64,000 bases of DNA from a virus (lineage: Duplodnaviria > Heunggongvirae > Uroviricota > Caudoviricetes). Positions 48,134 to 58,208 of this stretch are shown in pieces (the stretch's first letter is position 1; every line of letters begins with the position of its first letter). Both the position numbers and the translations under genes were made by a program. Below the pieces are notes generated by a model that saw only the letters and a list, made by a program, of their open reading frames with translations, ran no database searches and was not told the origin of the DNA. The DNA lies in IMG/VR virus record IMGVR_UViG_3300028833_000054, positions 118,482 through 182,481 of that record. One strand, written 5' to 3'.

Positions 48134-51100
48134 TTAATCAAATACAAAATCAAGCGATTTCAACGTTGAATTGTATTTTAATGTCAATCCAGTAACAGAA
48201 GAATCTAACTTAAATTCATTAGATATCAATGTTCCTGTGCTTGGAATATATTGTAATTTAGGTGAAGTTACAAAGGCATCGACGTATGCTTGTGTTCCAT
48301 TTCCCCAAGTACCATTTACCCAGACAGGATGATATATTCCAGTTGTTACAGAATTAGTAACTTTAAATTTATCAGTTTGCTTAGCAAAGTAGAATCCATT
48401 TGCAGTTTCAGTAACATTAGATGTACCATCATAATAAGCTTGTACACCGTTTATGTTCTTATAGTACAATTTATATTGTGAACCATTGAGACCCTGTGTA
48501 CCTTGAACACCTTGAGTTCCCTTGTAACCTTGAGTACCTCTATCTCCTCTTGTTCCCTTGTCACCTTGTGTACCCTTATAACCTTGGGTTCCTCTTACAC
48601 CTTGTGTACCCTTATCACCCTGAGTACCTTGCAAACCTCTTGTTCCTTGATAACCTTGTGTACCTTGCAAACCTTGAGTTCCTTGGTTTCCTTGAGTACC
48701 CTTATAACCCTGAGTTCCTCTTACACCTTGAGTACCCTGATTTCCTTGGGTACCTTTATCACCTTGTGTACCCTTGTAGCCTTGAGTTCCTCTTACACCT
48801 TGTGTTCCTTGGTTTCCTTGAGTACCCTTAGAACCTTGTGTACCTGTGTAACCTTGTGTACCTTGCAAGCCTTGTGTACCCTGATTTCCTTGTGTACCCT
48901 TGTAGCCTTGGGTTCCTCTTACACCTTGTGTACCTTGATTTCCTTGTGTTCCCTTGTCTCCTTGAGTACCTTTATAACCCTGAGTTCCACGGACTCCTTG
49001 TGTTCCTTGGTTTCCTTGAGTACCTTTAGAACCTTGTGTGCCTGTGTAACCCTGAGTTCCTCTTACACCTTGTGTACCAATAACACCTTGTGTTCCTTTA
49101 TAACCCTGGGTTCCACGAACACCTTGTGTTCCTTGGTTTCCTTGTGTTCCCTTGTCTCCTTGTGTACCTTTATAACCCTGGGTTCCTCTTACACCTTGTG
49201 TTCCTTGGTTTCCTTGTGTACCTTTAGAACCTTGTGTGCCAGTATAACCTTGTGTACCAATCAAACCTTGTGTTCCTTGGTTTCCTTGAGTACCCTTATA
49301 ACCTTGGGTTCCTCTTACACCCTGTGTTCCCTGATTTCCTTGAGTACCTTTAGAACCTTGTGTACCTGTGTAACCCTGTGTTCCTCTTACACCTTGTGTA
49401 CCCTTGTCACCTTGTGTGCCCTTAAAGCCTTGAGTACCAGTATATCCTTGAGTACCAATCAAACCTTGAGTACCTTGGTTTCCTTGAGTTCCCTTATAAC
49501 CTTGAGTTCCTCTTACACCCTGAGTTCCCTTGTCACCTTGTGTACCTTTACTTCCTTGAGTTCCGGTATATCCTTGGGTACCTAAAACTCCCTGAGTGCC
49601 TTTATCTCCTTGTGTACCTTTGTAACCTTGTGTACCAGTGTATCCTTGAGTTCCTTGGAGACCTTGAGTTCCCTTGTCTCCCTGGGTTCCCTTGTAACCC
49701 TGAGTTCCGCGGGCACCTTGTGTTCCCTTGTCTCCCTGGGTTCCTTTACTTCCTTGAGTTCCTGTATAACCCTGAGTACCAAGCAATCCCTGAGTGCCTT
49801 TATCTCCTTGTGTACCCTTATATCCCTGAGTACCTACATAGCCTTGTGTTCCTTGGAGACCCTGTGTTCCTTTATCTCCTTGAGTTCCTTTGTAACCCTG
49901 GGTTCCTCTTACACCTTGTGTGCCTGTATCTCCTTGAGTTCCCTTGCTTCCTTGAGTACCTGTATAACCTTGGGTTCCTATCAATCCCTGAGTTCCCTTG
50001 TCTCCTTGGGTACCTTTATATCCTTGAGTACCAACATATCCTTGAGTTCCTTGAAGGCCTTGAGTTCCCTTGTCTCCCTGGGTTCCCTTATAACCTTGGG
50101 TTCCACGAACTCCCTGTGTACCAGTATCTCCTTGAGTACCCTTAGAACCTTGTGTACCAGTATATCCTTGGGTACCTAGCAAACCTTGAGTTCCTTTGTC
50201 TCCCTGCGTACCCTTGTAACCTTGTGTACCAACATATCCTTGAGTTCCCTGTGAACCTTGAGTACCCTTAGAACCTTGAGTGCCAGTATATCCTTGAGTA
50301 CCTTGAAGACCTTGAGTTCCCTTGTCTCCCTGGGTTCCTTTATCACCTTGGGTTCCAGTGTAACCCTGTGTACCTAAAACTCCTTGGGTTCCCTTATCTC
50401 CTTGTGTACCTTTATATCCTTGGGTTCCTACATAACCTTGTGTACCAAGCAATCCCTGGGTTCCTTTATCACCTTGGGTGCCTTTATAACCTTGAGTTCC
50501 CTGTGAACCTTGAGTACCTTTATCTCCCTGAGTGCCTTTATCACCTTGGGTTCCTGCATAACCCTGAGTACCAAGAAGCCCCTGAGTTCCCTTGTCACCT
50601 TGGGTTCCTTTGTAACCCTGTGTACCTACATAGCCTTGTGTTCCTTGAGAACCCTGAGTACCCTTGTCACCTTGTGTACCAGTGTATCCTTGAGTACCTT
50701 GAAGACCTTGTGTACCCTTATCACCTTGGGTTCCCTTATCTCCTTGTGTACCAGTATATCCCTGTGTACCAAGTACTCCTTGAGTTCCTTTATCACCTTG
50801 AGTACCCTTATATCCTTGAGTACCTACATATCCTTGTGTACCCAACAAACCCTGGGTTCCCTTATCACCTTGAGTGCCTGTATATCCTTGGGTTCCTTGA
50901 AGACCTTGAGTACCTTTATCACCTTGTGTACCCTTGTCACCTTGTGTACCAGTGTAACCTTGTGTACCTAAAACTCCCTGAGTGCCTTTATCACCCTGAG
51001 TTCCGGTATAACCTTGTGTACCTGTATATCCTTGGGTTCCTTGAAGACCTTGTGTACCCTTGTCTCCTTGTGTACCAGTATAACCTTGTGTACCTTGAAG

Positions 51101-54100
51101 ACCTTGAGTTCCCTTGTCTCCCTGGGTTCCTTTATCACCTTGTGTACCTGTATAACCTTGGGTTCCTATCAATCCTTGAGTACCCTTGTCTCCTTGAGTA
51201 CCCATATAACCCTGGGTTCCAGTATAGCCTTGAGTTCCTTGAAGACCTTGTGTTCCTTTATCACCCTGAGTTCCGGTATAACCTTGTGTACCTAAAACTC
51301 CTTGTGTACCTTTGTCTCCTTGTGTTCCCTTGTCACCTTGAGTACCTGTATATCCTTGGGTACCGAGTACTCCCTGTGTGCCTTTATCTCCTTGTGTACC
51401 TTGATAACCTTGAGTACCTGTATATCCCTGTGTTCCGGTATCACCTTGAGTACCCTTGTCACCTTGAGTTCCAGTATAGCCTTGGGTTCCTTGTAAGCCT
51501 TGAGTTCCCTTGTCACCCTGTGTTCCCTTATCGCCTTGGGTTCCAGTATAACCTTGAGTACCAATAAGTCCCTGGGTTCCTTTATCACCTTGAGTACCAG
51601 AATATCCTTGGGTTCCTGTATAACCTTGTGTTCCAGTGTCACCTTGAGTTCCTTTATCTCCTTGTGTACCTGTATAACCTTGAGTTCCCTGAAGACCCTG
51701 AGTACCCTTGTCTCCTTGTGTTCCAGTGTCACCTTGAGTACCAGTATATCCTTGTGTACCCAACAATCCTTGGGTACCCTTATCGCCTTGAGTTCCAGTA
51801 TAACCTTGTGTACCTATATAACCTTGGGTTCCAGTATCACCCTGTGTTCCCTTATCGCCTTGGGTTCCTGTATAACCCTGTGTTCCTTGAAGACCTTGAG
51901 TGCCTGTGTCTCCTTGCGTACCTTTGTCACCCTGAGTTCCGGTATATCCTTGAGTACCCAATAATCCCTGAGTACCCTTATCACCCTGTGTACCTGTATA
52001 ACCCTGAGTTCCGGTATATCCTTGTGTTCCTGTGTCTCCTTGTGTACCTTTGTCTCCTTGAGTGCCTTGATAACCTTGAGTTCCAAGAACTCCTTGGGTT
52101 CCTGTATCACCTTGTGTACCCTTGTCACCTTGGGTTCCTGTATAACCTTGAGTTCCCTGAAGACCCTGAGTACCCTTGTCTCCTTGTGTACCAGTATATC
52201 CTTGGGTTCCCGTATAACCTTGGGTTCCAGTATCACCTTGTGTACCTTTATCACCTTGAGTTCCGGTATAACCTTGAGTTCCTATCAATCCCTGTGTTCC
52301 GGTGTCTCCTTGGGTTCCTTTATCACCTTGAGTACCTGTATAACCTTGGGTTCCAAGAACTCCTTGAGTTCCTTTATCACCTTGGGTACCCTGATAACCC
52401 TGTGTACCTACATAACCTTGAGTTCCTGTATCTCCTTGAGTACCTTTGTCTCCTTGGGTTCCCATATAACCTTGAGTACCAATTTCACCCTGTGTGCCAG
52501 TGTCGCCCTGTGTACCCTTGTCACCTTGAGTTCCGGTATAACCTTGCGTTCCTATCAATCCTTGAGTTCCTTGGTCTCCTTGAGTACCCTGATAACCTTG
52601 GGTTCCAGTATAGCCTTGTGTACCTGTGTCACCTTGTGTACCTTTATCACCTTGGGTTCCAGTATAACCTTGTGTACCAATTTCACCTTGGGTACCTTTA
52701 TCTCCTTGAGTACCAGTATCACCTTGTGTACCTGTATAACCTTGAGTACCTAACAATCCTTGAGTTCCGGTGTCACCTTGTGTTCCTTGATAACCCTGTG
52801 TACCTACATAACCTTGAGTACCAATCTCTCCTTGGGTTCCAGTATCACCCTGGGTTCCCATATAACCTTGTGTGCCAATTTCTCCCTGAGTTCCCTTGTC
52901 ACCCTGGGTTCCCTTGTCACCTTGAGTTCCCATGTATCCTTGAGTACCAAGCAATCCTTGTGTACCCATATCACCCTGAGTTCCAGTATATCCCTGTGTA
53001 CCTACATAACCCTGAGTACCAATCTCTCCTTGGGTTCCAGTATCACCTTGAGTACCCATATAACCTTGGGTACCGATTTCACCTTGAGTACCTGTATCTC
53101 CCTGAGTTCCCTTGTCGCCTTGGGTTCCTATATAACCTTGTGTTCCTTGGTCTCCTTGTGTACCTTTATCACCTTGGGTTCCCATGTAACCCTGAGTACC
53201 GATTTCACCTTGAGTTCCAGTATCTCCTTGAGTACCCTTGTCTCCCTGAGTACCCATATAACCTTGGGTTCCGATTTCACCTTGTGTGCCGGTATCACCT
53301 TGTGTACCCTTGTCACCTTGGGTTCCCATATATCCTTGAGTACCTATCTCGCCTTGGGTTCCCATATCACCCTGTGTACCAGTGTAACCTTGGGTACCAG
53401 TGTAACCTTGAGTACCAATTTCACCCTGTGTGCCAGTGTCGCCTTGTGTACCCATGTAACCTTGAGTACCTATTTCTCCTTGGGTACCTTCAACTCCTTG
53501 AGTACCAGTATCTCCCTGAGTACCCATATAACCTTGAGTACCTATTTCGCCCTGAGTTCCTGTATCTCCCTGAGTACCCATATAACCTTGGGTACCGATT
53601 TCACCCTGTGTTCCTTCAACACCTTGGGTTCCGGTATCACCTTGTGTTCCCATGTAACCTTGAGTACCGATTTCACCCTGTGTTCCTTCAACACCTTGGG
53701 TACCAGTATCTCCTTGAGTTCCTGTATAACCTTGTGTACCTATTTCTCCTTGAGTTCCTTCAATACCCTGTGTTCCATCATATCCTTGAGTACCTTCAAC
53801 TCCCTGAGTACCTTCAACTCCTTGAGTTCCTTCAACACCCTGTGTTCCATCATAGCCTTGAGTACCAATTTCACCTTGTGTACCAGTGTCACCCTGGGTT
53901 CCGGTATATCCTTGAGTACCTTCATAACCTTGTGTGCCCTCAATTCCTTGAGTGCCTTCTAAACCTTGTGTACCATCATAACCTTGAGTACCGATTTCAC
54001 CTTGTGTACCTTCAGTGCCTTGAGTTCCGTAAAATCCTTGAGTACCCTCATATCCTTGTGTACCTTCGGCTCCCTGTGTACCTTCTGTACCTTGGGTTCC

Positions 54101-57100
54101 ATCATATCCTTGTGTACCAATTTCTCCTTGGGTACCTGTATCTCCTTGAGTACCGTAAAATCCCTGGGTTCCTTCATAACCTTGAGTTCCTTCAGTACCT
54201 TGTGTACCATCTAAGCCTTGAGTACCCTCATATCCTTGGGTTCCTTCTGTTCCCTGCGTTCCTTCAATACCTTGTGTACCTTCTGTGCCTTGGGTTCCTT
54301 CATATCCTTGTGTACCCTCAGGGCCTTGTGTTCCTTCAATGCCTTGGGTTCCTTCTGTTCCTTGTGTACCTTCATATCCTTGAGTACCGATTGAACCTTG
54401 TGTACCTTCAGGACCAGGTTCTCCTTCATATCCTTGAGTACCAATAGAACCTTGTGTACCTTGCTCTCCTGGCAAACCATCAACACCTTGTACACCATCT
54501 ACTCCTTGAGCACCTGGTAAACCTTGTGTACCGATAACACCTTGTGTACCTTCATATCCTTGTGAACCACCTGGGTCACCTTGTGCTCCTCTTGTACCGG
54601 TTGCTCCTTGGAATCCAGTAGGACCTCTTGTTCCTTCAAGACCTTGTGTACCTTCTGCACCTTGTGTACCGGGCTCACCATGAGTACCAATCGTTCCCAT
54701 CAATCCTCTTGGACCGATGTCACCTTGTGTACCTTTATCTCCTTGTTTTCCTTGTGTACCAATTGGTCCTCTTGTTCCTTCTGCACCTTGAGTTCCATCA
54801 TCTCCTTGGAATCCAGTAGGACCTCTATATCCTTGTGTACCTTGATTTCCTTGAGTACCTACAGTTCCTTGCAATCCCTGTGTTCCGATTGTACCCTGAG
54901 TTCCATAATGACCCTGTGTGCCAACATAACCCTGAGTACCAGGAGTACCTTCACCTCCTTGGGTACCAACTGTTCCTTGAGTTCCATAATGACCCTGTGT
55001 ACCAACATAACCCTGAGTACCAGGAGTACCCTCTTCACCTTGAGTTCCGATTGTACCTTGAGTTCCATAATGACCTTGTGTACCAGTAAATCCTTGAGTA
55101 CCGTCAGTTCCTTGCAATCCTTGTGTACCAATTGTACCCTGGGTTCCTATTACACCTTGTGTACCTATTGTACCTTGTGTACCTATTGTACCTTCTTCAC
55201 CTTGAGCACCTCTAGAACCACGAAGACCTTGTGTACCTTCTTCACCTTGGGTTCCTTGGTCTCCTTGTGTACCTTTTTCTCCTTGGGTTCCTTCAATACC
55301 TTGGGTTCCTATAACTCCTTGTGTTCCTTGGTCTCCTTGAGTACCTTTGTCACCTTGAGTACCGAAAACACCTTGTGTACCAAATATACCTTGAGTACCA
55401 AATACTCCCTGAGTTCCAATTTCACCCTGTGTACCAAATACACCTTGAGTACCGAAAATACCTTGAGTACCGAAAATACCTTGTGTACCAAATACACCTT
55501 GAGTTCCTTGTTCTCCTTGAGTTCCCTTGTCACCTTGTGTACCTGTTATGCCTTGGGTTCCTATCAATCCTTGTGTTCCTTGGTCTCCTTGAGTTCCTTT
55601 GTCTCCTTGAGTACCTATTGTACCTTGTGTTCCGTCAGAACCTTGGGTTCCTATCAATCCTTGTGTTCCGTCAGGACCTTGAGTTCCAATAACTCCTTGA
55701 GTACCTTCAACACCTTGTGTTCCATCATATCCTTGTGTACCAACTTCACCTTGTGTACCTTTTTCTCCCTGGCTTCCTATAACACCTTGTGTTCCGTCAG
55801 GACCTTGAGTTCCAATAACTCCTTGGGTTCCATCATAACCTTGTGTACCAAAACTACCTTGAGTACCCAAATTTCCTTGAGTACCGTCAAAGCCCTGAGT
55901 ACCTATTACTCCTTGTGTACCAATTTCACCCTGTGTACCAGTGTGTCCTTGTGTTCCAGTATATCCCTGTGTACCAACTTCACCTTGTGTACCGATTGTG
56001 CCTTGTGCACCTTCATAACCTTGTGTACCAATTTCACCTTGAGTTCCTTGATTTCCTTGTGAACCTATTGTACCCTGAGTTCCATCATAACCCTGTGAAC
56101 CAACAACACCCTGAGTTCCGTCATAACCCTGTGAACCTCTTACTCCTTGAACACCGTCATATCCTTGTGTACCAATTATACCTTGTGTTCCCTGGTCACC
56201 TTGTGAACCAACAGCTCCTTGAGTACCATCATAACCTTGTGTACCAAATGTTCCTTGTGAACCTATATAACCTTGTGAACCGTAATAACCTTGAGAACCT
56301 ACAATACCTTGTGTACCTATTGTTCCTTGTGGTCCTTGTTCACCTTGTGTTCCATAATAACCCTGTGAACCAACTTCACCTTGAGCACCTATTGTTCCTT
56401 GGGTTCCTTCATATCCTTGTGTACCAACATAACCTTGAGTTCCGAAATGACCTTGTGAACCGTATGTACCTTGTGTACCGTCATAACCTTGTGTTCCTAT
56501 TGGACCACGTTCACCTTCATAACCCTGAGAACCTACAACACCTTGTGCACCATCATAACCTTGCGTACCAATTATACCTTGTGTTCCATAATGACCTTGA
56601 GAACCTACAGTACCCTGAGTACCATCATATCCTTGTGTACCGACTGTACCTTGTGAACCAATATAACCTTGTGTTCCATAGTAACCTTGTGAACCTTCAA
56701 TACCTTGAGTACCAATTGTACCCATAGTACCAAATATACCTTGAGTACCTTCATAACCTTGTGAACCCAAAGGACCCTGTGTACCTTCAATACCTTGTAC
56801 ACCGATAGTTCCTTGTGTTCCTTCATATCCTTGTGTTCCTTGGTCACCTTGTGAACCAATATATCCTTGTGAACCGATTATACCTTGACTACCTTCATAT
56901 CCTTGTGTACCTGCAGTACCCTGAGTACCCCAAGGACCACGTTCACCTTCATAACCTTGTGTACCGATAGTACCCTGTGAACCAATATAACCTTGTGTTC
57001 CTAAAGGACCTTGTTCACCTTCATAACCTTGTGAACCTCTTTCACCTTGAATACCAATTGTTCCTTGTGTTCCTTCTGGGCCTTGTGAACCTATATAACC

Positions 57101-58114
57101 TTGTGAACCTACAATACCTTGACTACCTTCATAACCTTGTGTACCCCAACTTCCTTGAGTACCAAACGGACCAATTTCTCCTTCATAACCTTGAGTACCA
57201 CGAGAACCTTGAATACCTTGCTCACCTTGTGTACCAGCAGGACCAATTGTACCTATCAATCCTTGTGTACCAATTGTTCCTTCTTCACCTTGTGTTCCAC
57301 GATAACCTTGAGTACCATAACTTCCTTGAGTACCTCTCAAACCAGTAGGACCATAATCACCTTGTGTACCTATGACACCTTGTGTACCTTGTGTTCCATA
57401 ATGACCTTGTGTACCAGTAAATCCTTGAGTACCTGGAGTACCTTCACCACCTTGTGTACCAATTTCACCTTGTGAACCACGATAACCTTGTGTACCTTCA
57501 ATACCTTGTGAACCCCAATCTCCTTGAGCTCCTTTTTCTCCTTGAGCTCCTTGTTCACCTTGTGTACCTTCAAATCCTTGTGAACCGACTTCACCTTGTG
57601 TACCAATAGTACCTCTCTGTCCTTGAGTACCAATGTTGCCCTGGGTTCCAAAGTTTCCTTGAGAACCTACAACACCTTGTGTACCCCATAATCCTTGAGT
57701 TCCTATTGAGCCTTGAGAACCTTGCTCTCCTTGTGTGCCAACAGGGCCTTGAGTACCTGCAATACCTTGTGTACCAATGTTGCCTTGAGCTCCTCTAGAA
57801 CCAATTGAACCTTGAGAACCTCTAACACCTTGTGTACCTATGACACCTTGTGTACCAAATCTACCTTGAGTACCCCAGTTTCCTTGTGTTCCTGGTAAAC
57901 CAGTTTCACCTCTAAGACCTTGTGTACCAAATAAACCTTGAGTACCTATTAAACCTTGAATACCATCTTTCCAACCGATAGGAAATCCTCCTAGCATTAC
58001 TCTACCAGTGCCTAAATCAACAAATGCACCGTCAAAAATACTGCTATCTTTTAGAATTTCCCATTCTCCTTGTGAGCCATGATAAAATTGAACAAGTGAT
58101 GAGTCAATAGCCAT
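48134..58114 (-). CDS. Giant collagen-like fibre protein (3326 aa)
   Basis: Residues 51-3213 are Gly-X-Y, mostly GTQ-Gxx hexads; short non-collagen N- (50 aa) and C- (113 aa) domains. Confidence 0.92.
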   Translation of the reverse strand: MAIDSSLVQFYHGSQGEWEILKDSSIFDGAFVDLGTGRVMLGGFPIGWKDGIQGLIGTQGLFGTQGLRGETGLPGTQGNWGTQGRFGTQGVIGTQGVRGSQGSIGSRGAQGNIGTQGIAGTQGPVGTQGEQGSQGSIGTQGLWGTQGVVGSQGNFGTQGNIGTQGQRGTIGTQGEVGSQGFEGTQGEQGAQGEKGAQGDWGSQGIEGTQGYRGSQGEIGTQGGEGTPGTQGFTGTQGHYGTQGTQGVIGTQGDYGPTGLRGTQGSYGTQGYRGTQGEEGTIGTQGLIGTIGPAGTQGEQGIQGSRGTQGYEGEIGPFGTQGSWGTQGYEGSQGIVGSQGYIGSQGPEGTQGTIGIQGERGSQGYEGEQGPLGTQGYIGSQGTIGTQGYEGERGPWGTQGTAGTQGYEGSQGIIGSQGYIGSQGDQGTQGYEGTQGTIGVQGIEGTQGPLGSQGYEGTQGIFGTMGTIGTQGIEGSQGYYGTQGYIGSQGTVGTQGYDGTQGTVGSQGHYGTQGIIGTQGYDGAQGVVGSQGYEGERGPIGTQGYDGTQGTYGSQGHFGTQGYVGTQGYEGTQGTIGAQGEVGSQGYYGTQGEQGPQGTIGTQGIVGSQGYYGSQGYIGSQGTFGTQGYDGTQGAVGSQGDQGTQGIIGTQGYDGVQGVRGSQGYDGTQGVVGSQGYDGTQGTIGSQGNQGTQGEIGTQGYEGAQGTIGTQGEVGTQGYTGTQGHTGTQGEIGTQGVIGTQGFDGTQGNLGTQGSFGTQGYDGTQGVIGTQGPDGTQGVIGSQGEKGTQGEVGTQGYDGTQGVEGTQGVIGTQGPDGTQGLIGTQGSDGTQGTIGTQGDKGTQGDQGTQGLIGTQGITGTQGDKGTQGEQGTQGVFGTQGIFGTQGIFGTQGVFGTQGEIGTQGVFGTQGIFGTQGVFGTQGDKGTQGDQGTQGVIGTQGIEGTQGEKGTQGDQGTQGEEGTQGLRGSRGAQGEEGTIGTQGTIGTQGVIGTQGTIGTQGLQGTDGTQGFTGTQGHYGTQGTIGTQGEEGTPGTQGYVGTQGHYGTQGTVGTQGGEGTPGTQGYVGTQGHYGTQGTIGTQGLQGTVGTQGNQGTQGYRGPTGFQGDDGTQGAEGTRGPIGTQGKQGDKGTQGDIGPRGLMGTIGTHGEPGTQGAEGTQGLEGTRGPTGFQGATGTRGAQGDPGGSQGYEGTQGVIGTQGLPGAQGVDGVQGVDGLPGEQGTQGSIGTQGYEGEPGPEGTQGSIGTQGYEGTQGTEGTQGIEGTQGPEGTQGYEGTQGTEGTQGIEGTQGTEGTQGYEGTQGLDGTQGTEGTQGYEGTQGFYGTQGDTGTQGEIGTQGYDGTQGTEGTQGAEGTQGYEGTQGFYGTQGTEGTQGEIGTQGYDGTQGLEGTQGIEGTQGYEGTQGYTGTQGDTGTQGEIGTQGYDGTQGVEGTQGVEGTQGVEGTQGYDGTQGIEGTQGEIGTQGYTGTQGDTGTQGVEGTQGEIGTQGYMGTQGDTGTQGVEGTQGEIGTQGYMGTQGDTGTQGEIGTQGYMGTQGDTGTQGVEGTQGEIGTQGYMGTQGDTGTQGEIGTQGYTGTQGYTGTQGDMGTQGEIGTQGYMGTQGDKGTQGDTGTQGEIGTQGYMGTQGDKGTQGDTGTQGEIGTQGYMGTQGDKGTQGDQGTQGYIGTQGDKGTQGDTGTQGEIGTQGYMGTQGDTGTQGEIGTQGYVGTQGYTGTQGDMGTQGLLGTQGYMGTQGDKGTQGDKGTQGEIGTQGYMGTQGDTGTQGEIGTQGYVGTQGYQGTQGDTGTQGLLGTQGYTGTQGDTGTQGDKGTQGEIGTQGYTGTQGDKGTQGDTGTQGYTGTQGYQGTQGDQGTQGLIGTQGYTGTQGDKGTQGDTGTQGEIGTQGYMGTQGDKGTQGDTGTQGYVGTQGYQGTQGDKGTQGVLGTQGYTGTQGDKGTQGDTGTQGLIGTQGYTGTQGDKGTQGDTGTQGYTGTQGYTGTQGDKGTQGLQGTQGYTGTQGDKGTQGDTGTQGVLGTQGYQGTQGDKGTQGDTGTQGYTGTQGYTGTQGDKGTQGLLGTQGYTGTQGDKGTQGDTGTQGLQGTQGYTGTQGDKGTQGDTGTQGYIGTQGYTGTQGDKGTQGLLGTQGYTGTQGDTGTQGDKGTQGLQGTQGYTGTQGDKGTQGDTGTQGYTGTQGYSGTQGDKGTQGLIGTQGYTGTQGDKGTQGDKGTQGLQGTQGYTGTQGDKGTQGDTGTQGYTGTQGYQGTQGDKGTQGVLGTQGYTGTQGDKGTQGDKGTQGVLGTQGYTGTQGDKGTQGLQGTQGYTGTQGYMGTQGDKGTQGLIGTQGYTGTQGDKGTQGDKGTQGLQGTQGYTGTQGDKGTQGLQGTQGYTGTQGYTGTQGDKGTQGVLGTQGYTGTQGDKGTQGDKGTQGLQGTQGYTGTQGDKGTQGLLGTQGYVGTQGYKGTQGDKGTQGVLGTQGYTGTQGDKGTQGDKGTQGLQGTQGYTGTQGDKGTQGSQGTQGYVGTQGYKGTQGDKGTQGLLGTQGYAGTQGDKGTQGDKGTQGSQGTQGYKGTQGDKGTQGLLGTQGYVGTQGYKGTQGDKGTQGVLGTQGYTGTQGDKGTQGDKGTQGLQGTQGYTGTQGSKGTQGSQGTQGYVGTQGYKGTQGDKGTQGLLGTQGYTGTQGSKGTQGDTGTQGVRGTQGYKGTQGDKGTQGLQGTQGYVGTQGYKGTQGDKGTQGLIGTQGYTGTQGSKGTQGDTGTQGVRGTQGYKGTQGDKGTQGLQGTQGYVGTQGYKGTQGDKGTQGLLGTQGYTGTQGSKGTQGDKGTQGARGTQGYKGTQGDKGTQGLQGTQGYTGTQGYKGTQGDKGTQGVLGTQGYTGTQGSKGTQGDKGTQGVRGTQGYKGTQGNQGTQGLIGTQGYTGTQGFKGTQGDKGTQGVRGTQGYTGTQGSKGTQGNQGTQGVRGTQGYKGTQGNQGTQGLIGTQGYTGTQGSKGTQGNQGTQGVRGTQGYKGTQGDKGTQGNQGTQGVRGTQGYKGTQGVIGTQGVRGTQGYTGTQGSKGTQGNQGTQGVRGTQGYKGTQGDKGTQGNQGTQGVRGTQGYKGTQGNQGTQGLQGTQGYTGTQGSKGTQGNQGTQGVRGTQGYKGTQGDKGTQGNQGTQGVRGTQGYKGTQGNQGTQGLQGTQGYQGTRGLQGTQGDKGTQGVRGTQGYKGTQGDKGTRGDRGTQGYKGTQGVQGTQGLNGSQYKLYYKNINGVQAYYDGTSNVTETANGFYFAKQTDKFKVTNSVTTGIYHPVWVNGTWGNGTQAYVDAFVTSPKLQYIPSTGTLISNEFKLDSSVTGLTLKYNSTLKSLDFVFD
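48476..57964 (-). repeat. Coding tandem repeat (9/18-bp period; 198-bp super-period locally)
   Basis: GGN ACN CAR alternating with GGN NNN NNN. Confidence 0.95.
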
Positions 58115-58135
58115 TTAGATTTTAAACATTTTCAT
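58115..58135 (-). other. Mini-uORF MKMFKI* abutting the collagen start (TAA ATG)
   Basis: ATG AAA ATG TTT AAA ATC TAA; the ATG is 6 nt after the promoter box. Confidence 0.5.
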
Positions 58136-58140
58136 TTTTA

Positions 58141-58148
58141 TATTTATT
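58141..58148 (-). promoter_or_regulatory. T4-late-like promoter AATAAATA
   Basis: Followed by TAAAAATGA. Confidence 0.65.
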
Positions 58149-58164
58149 AGAATAAAACAAATAA

Positions 58165-58188
58165 GGAGATTTGCTTAAGCAAATCTCC
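58165..58188 (-). terminator. Terminator hairpin between the two collagen genes
   Basis: Perfect 24-bp palindrome GGAGATTTGCTTAAGCAAATCTCC, then TTATTTGTTTT. Confidence 0.75.
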
Positions 58189-58208
58189 CAATTTTATAAA
58201 ATTTCAAT

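Noticed and set aside
48476-57964. Regular short DNA repeats resembling a CRISPR array or satellite
   Set aside because: The period is 9/18 bp inside one open frame with wobble-position variation; no repeat-spacer structure and no cas genes
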